A program made the translations under genes and the position numbers. This document shows, piece by piece, positions 55,326 to 59,202 of a DNA stretch of 59,202 nucleotides. Source of the stretch: an uncultured Mycoplasma sp. (GTDB lineage Bacteria; Bacillota_I; Bacilli_A; RF39; UBA660); assembly GCA_946500895.1 (NCBI GenBank), contig CAMMXG010000004.1, positions 1-59,202 of the forward strand. Reading direction: 5' to 3'. The notes beneath the pieces were generated by a model. The model did not search any database. It saw nothing but the letters and a program-made list of their open reading frames with translations, and was not told the origin of the DNA. Numbering within the stretch: position 1 is the stretch's first letter; every line of letters begins with the position of its first letter.

Positions 55326-56499
55326 ATTCACTTTCTTCCTCATGAGCTTTGATTGTTATTATTTCGTGATTTTTCACTGCTTCATAGATTAAATCTTTAT
55401 ACGGTATTAATTCTTCATATTCATGGCATTTTTCTTTACTAGGATTAATTACTGGGTGTTTTGGCACAAAGATGGTACAGCAATCTTCAAATGGTAAAAT
55501 GCTTGTTTCATAGGTATCAATTCTTTTGGCTACATCAATAATATCAAGTTTATCAAAACAAGCGAGAGGTCTTATTACCGGAATATTTACTACTTCATTT
55601 ATGGCACTCATGCTTGTTAGAGTTTGACTGGCTACTTGACCAATTGATTCTCCGTTAATTAAAATTTTAGCATTTCTCTTGCTAGCTAGTATTGCACTAA
55701 TTCGGTACATCATTCGCCTCATGATGGTAATTAAATATTCATGGGGAATATTTTTGTAAATCGTTTCTTGAATTTCCGTAAAATTAATGACATGTAAAAC
55801 GATATCATTGTTGTAAACTGCTAATTTTTTAGCTAAACTTTTTACTTTATTTTTGGCTTCGATACTTGTATGAGGGGGACTTTCAAAGTAAATTGCTTCT
55901 ATTTTTACCCCTCTTTTCATGGCTAGGTAACCTGCAACTGGGGAATCTATACCACCACTAAGCATTAATAAGCCTTTTCCTAAAGTACCAACTGGATATC
56001 CTCCTAAACCTTTCATCTTTTCAAAATAAACTAATGTATTATTTATTCGGTATTCAACATTTACAACTATTTCAGGATTTTTAACATCTACTTTTAACCC
56101 TTTTATGTTTTTTAGAATGTGGGCTCCTAAATTTTTACTTAATTCAACACTGGTCGTATTTAATTTTTTATTGCTTCTTTTACTTTCTACTTTAAATGTA
56201 GTAAATTCATGTTCTTTTAATAAATTTAAAGTTTCATCTTTTACTACATCAAAATCCGTAGAATTAATTACATAGCCAATACTCATTTCATGAATACCAA
56301 AAATATTTTTTACTCTTTTAATTACTTTATCAAAATTTTCATTTGTGTGAATAAACATACGCCCTAAATCGTACGATACTTCTATTTCTAAATCATTTAA
56401 GGCATATAAAATATTTTCTTTTAGCTTTTTTAAAAAGAAATTGATATTGTCTTTTTTGGTGGATAATTCACCATATTTAATTAGTATTACTTTCTCCAT
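55309..56499 (-). CDS. thiI: tRNA 4-thiouridine synthase ThiI
   Basis: ILIKYGELSTK N-terminus, THUMP region, PP-loop LSGGIDSPVA. 3' end overlaps the helicase gene by 17 nt. Confidence 0.9.
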   Translation of the reverse strand: MEKVILIKYGELSTKKDNINFFLKKLKENILYALNDLEIEVSYDLGRMFIHTNENFDKVIKRVKNIFGIHEMSIGYVINSTDFDVVKDETLNLLKEHEFTTFKVESKRSNKKLNTTSVELSKNLGAHILKNIKGLKVDVKNPEIVVNVEYRINNTLVYFEKMKGLGGYPVGTLGKGLLMLSGGIDSPVAGYLAMKRGVKIEAIYFESPPHTSIEAKNKVKSLAKKLAVYNNDIVLHVINFTEIQETIYKNIPHEYLITIMRRMMYRISAILASKRNAKILINGESIGQVASQTLTSMSAINEVVNIPVIRPLACFDKLDIIDVAKRIDTYETSILPFEDCCTIFVPKHPVINPSKEKCHEYEELIPYKDLIYEAVKNHEIITIKAHEEESEFKDLL

Positions 56500-56558
56500 A
56501 AACATCACATGAGTATTATACTTAAAATTTGTTCTTTTGTAAATAAAAGGACTACAAA

Positions 56559-57689
56559 TTAATCATGTAGTCCACTTAGTTTGCGATAAATTTGGTCAAA
56601 ATAACTAATAAATTTGTTTACTTCATCTGTTGTTGTTAAATAAGATAAACTAATTCTTATGGTTGATGAAGCTCGTACTTTGTCATTGTAAACGGCCATT
56701 ACACTACTTGATAACGTAGCACTTGAACAAGCAGTATTTGAGCTTACATATACTTCAAATTCTTCTAGCGCATGTAAGAATGTTTCTGCTTTAATATTTC
56801 TTAGACTGATATTTAAAATATGAGGAATACTGTATTTGGTTTTGTTTATCATGACGCCATTATATTTTTTTAGAGCATCCACAATTTTACTATTTAATCT
56901 CTCGACAAATCTTTCCCTTTTTTCAATATCAGTTGTGGCTAGTCTTACTGCTTTTGATAAAGCAACAATTAGAGGTACAGCGGGAGTTCCCGGATTTAAC
57001 ATATTTGATTTTCCAGAGCCATAAAGAATTGGTGATATTCCAACATTATTGCTCTTATATAATACCCCTATTCCCTTTGGTCCATATATTTTATGAGCTG
57101 TAAAGGTTGCTAAATCAACATCATGCATACTAATACTTACTTTACCTATTGCTTGCGTCATATCAGAGTGAAAAATAGTATTGGGATTTTCTTTTTTAAT
57201 AATTTGTCTAATCATTTTTAAAGGTTGTCTAATCCCTAGTTCACTATTCACTGCACAAATACTTACGAGGATTGTATCTTCTCTAATTAATTTTTTTAAA
57301 TCTTCAAAATCAATTAATCCTTCTTCATCATTATTTACATAACTAATTTCAAAGCCTATACTTTCTAAGTAATTACATATGGCATATATGGATGGATGCT
57401 CTAATTTGGAAGTAATAATATGTTTTCCTCTTTTATGATTATGCATCGCAATACCAATTAGAGCCATATTATTAGCCATGGTTGCTCCACCTGTATAAGT
57501 TATTTCTGTTTCATTAATATTTAATATTTCAGCAATTTGTTTCGTTGCACTATTCATTAAGTTTTTGGTTTTTACGCCAAGTTCATGTAGAGAATTGGGA
57601 TTTCCAAAAAAATCTTTGCTTGTTTTATTATAAGTATCTAACACTTCAAATCCTATCGGTGTTGTTGCACTGTAATCTAAATATATCAT
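56559..57689 (-). CDS. cysteine desulfurase (NifS/NifZ-like, ThiI partner)
   Basis: IYLDYSATTP, PLP-lysine FTAHKIYGPKGIG, SSNTACSS active-site Cys. Confidence 0.88.
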   Translation of the reverse strand: MIYLDYSATTPIGFEVLDTYNKTSKDFFGNPNSLHELGVKTKNLMNSATKQIAEILNINETEITYTGGATMANNMALIGIAMHNHKRGKHIITSKLEHPSIYAICNYLESIGFEISYVNNDEEGLIDFEDLKKLIREDTILVSICAVNSELGIRQPLKMIRQIIKKENPNTIFHSDMTQAIGKVSISMHDVDLATFTAHKIYGPKGIGVLYKSNNVGISPILYGSGKSNMLNPGTPAVPLIVALSKAVRLATTDIEKRERFVERLNSKIVDALKKYNGVMINKTKYSIPHILNISLRNIKAETFLHALEEFEVYVSSNTACSSATLSSSVMAVYNDKVRASSTIRISLSYLTTTDEVNKFISYFDQIYRKLSGLHD

Positions 57690-57763
57690 CTATGTCACCT
57701 TATGTATATTATACAAAAAAATTAATCGTTATTCCATACAAAACTAATCAAAAAGAGTATATT

Positions 57764-58903
57764 TTACTTTAAAAGTTTTTTATATATGTTTAAAGCTTGA
57801 TTTATTACGTTTTTTCTTGAATAACGTTCGGCCACTTTTCGTAAATTTTTAGCGTCATAATTTTCTAAATGATTATAAACAGCCATTATGGCATTTGCGA
57901 GTTCTTTGGTATTGCCAACACTCACTAGCTTGCCACATGCTTCTGTTATATATTCTTCTGGGCCTAAACATTTGGTTGATACTACCGGTATGCCACTAGC
58001 TAGAGCTTCTACTCCGGGAATACAAAAAGTTTCCTTTTCACTTGCTATAACAAAAATGTTATGATTTGGTAAGATTTCTGCTATTTCTTTCTTTGTTTTT
58101 CGACCTACAAAATCTACATAATCGTCCATTCCTAATTCATGACATTTCTCTTTATAATAACTTTCTAAAAAGCCATCTCCTACTACTGTTAGTTTAGGCT
58201 CTAAATTTTTATTTTCTTCAACAATAATTTTTAAGGCTGCAAAAATATCATCAATTCTTTTTCCTTGTCTTAAGGCTGAGACCGTTATTAGTTTTAATCC
58301 TTTTATCTTTTTTCTTTCAGTTTTAAAGATATCGGTATTGACAACATTTGGTAATACTTCACAATCGTCTGTATATTTTTTCATATCTCGAGCCATAAAA
58401 TTACTTACGGTTGTAAACTGGGAATGTTTTAAAACATAAGCACCATATTCTTTATTTTTTCCTTCAAAAAAACGTTTAAAATAAGAGGAATGTTCTGTTA
58501 CAACAACTGGTATCTTGTATTTTTCACCAAGAATGCATGATGCATATCCAGCTGGAAGTGTTACCATGGCATGAATGATATCTGGTTTCGGATTTTCTTT
58601 TAAGTACCTTCTAAAAGCTTTATCTAAAACTTTTACATATCTTTTTAATTGCCAATCAAAACTAATAGGTTCTACATTTAGCATTCTTTTTATATAAGTT
58701 TTATACCCATTTTCTTTTATTACATCCCTTTTAGGCATAAATATATATTTAAGAGGATTATTTAATCTTTCTCTTTCAATAAATAACATGTTTACATGAG
58801 CCTCTTTCTTCGCACTTAAAGCTTCACAAAATTCTTTATGATAATTGCCCATTAATTTATCTTTTCCACTTGGATACCATGTTGGTATTACTAAAACGTT
58901 CAT
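57764..58903 (-). CDS. GT4-family (GT-B) glycosyltransferase
   Basis: C-terminal ETFCIPGVEALASGIPVVST (E-x7-E type) motif, size 379 aa. Confidence 0.8.
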   Translation of the reverse strand: MNVLVIPTWYPSGKDKLMGNYHKEFCEALSAKKEAHVNMLFIERERLNNPLKYIFMPKRDVIKENGYKTYIKRMLNVEPISFDWQLKRYVKVLDKAFRRYLKENPKPDIIHAMVTLPAGYASCILGEKYKIPVVVTEHSSYFKRFFEGKNKEYGAYVLKHSQFTTVSNFMARDMKKYTDDCEVLPNVVNTDIFKTERKKIKGLKLITVSALRQGKRIDDIFAALKIIVEENKNLEPKLTVVGDGFLESYYKEKCHELGMDDYVDFVGRKTKKEIAEILPNHNIFVIASEKETFCIPGVEALASGIPVVSTKCLGPEEYITEACGKLVSVGNTKELANAIMAVYNHLENYDAKNLRKVAERYSRKNVINQALNIYKKLLK

Positions 58904-58975
58904 ACTATCACCATCTAAAGTATAGCAAAATTATAGATTTATGACAATTAAAAAAAGAATGAAATTTATCATTCT

Positions 58976-59202
58976 TTAAAATCTATTATCTTTATTTCTT
59001 AGGAATGGTGGAATGTCATATTCATCATCTAGTGTTTCTTCTACTGGACGACGTCTTGGCATCTTGTTATCATCGCTAAATAACATTTCATCTGTTTCCC
59101 CTTGATTTTCAAAGCCAGTTGCAATAACAGTAACAATTACTTCATCTGTTAAATTATCATTTTGAATAGCACCAAAGATAATGTTAACATCGTTATTCGC
59201 AG
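58976..59202 (-). CDS. ftsZ: cell division protein FtsZ, C-terminal end only (5' part outside window)
   Basis: ...NDVNIIFGAIQNDNLTDEVIVTVIATGFEN ... DDEYDIPPFLRNKDNRF is a typical FtsZ C-terminal peptide. Confidence 0.85.
   Translation of the reverse strand, partial: ANNDVNIIFGAIQNDNLTDEVIVTVIATGFENQGETDEMLFSDDNKMPRRRPVEETLDDEYDIPPFLRNKDNRF

Overview
AT-rich, low-GC Firmicutes-type chromosomal segment using the standard genetic code, with most genes on the minus strand. The gene content suggests a spore-forming Erysipelotrichia/Clostridia-like bacterium, but the taxon is inference only. All family calls come from motifs read by eye in the supplied translations; no searches were run. Housekeeping genes: der, glf, rpmB, pyrG, hisS, ogt, queH, divIB-murB-murG, thiI plus a cysteine desulfurase, the 3' end of ftsZ, and six tRNAs. 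Sporulation genes: spoIVA (3' part), spoVIF, spoVID-ysxE, a yutH/yutI/yutD-like block and a DD-carboxypeptidase. Envelope enzymes: a sortase-anchored C1 peptidase, NlpC/P60, a PdaC-like deacetylase and transglutaminase-domain proteins. There are two paralogous GntR-ABC modules and many XRE regulators. Signals worth a second look: (1) a 17-codon leader peptide with four consecutive His codons plus terminator/antiterminator pairings upstream of hisS, where a T-box would be expected; (2) an unannotated 26-codon hydrophobic peptide gene between convergent consensus promoters, which looks like a type I toxin-antitoxin module; (3) three promoters with identical geometry GTCGAAC-N8-TTG(A/C)TT-N17-(C/T)ATAAT, each followed by a structured leader; (4) a tRNA-Leu-adjacent islet with iteron arrays, a RepL-like initiator and an Xis-like HTH but no integrase, followed by four tandem zinc-ribbon membrane proteins; (5) two distant paralogous surface-protein genes, each divergent from an XRE gene with related operator-like palindromes. 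No CRISPR array, rRNA, transposase or recognisable multi-gene defence system was seen.
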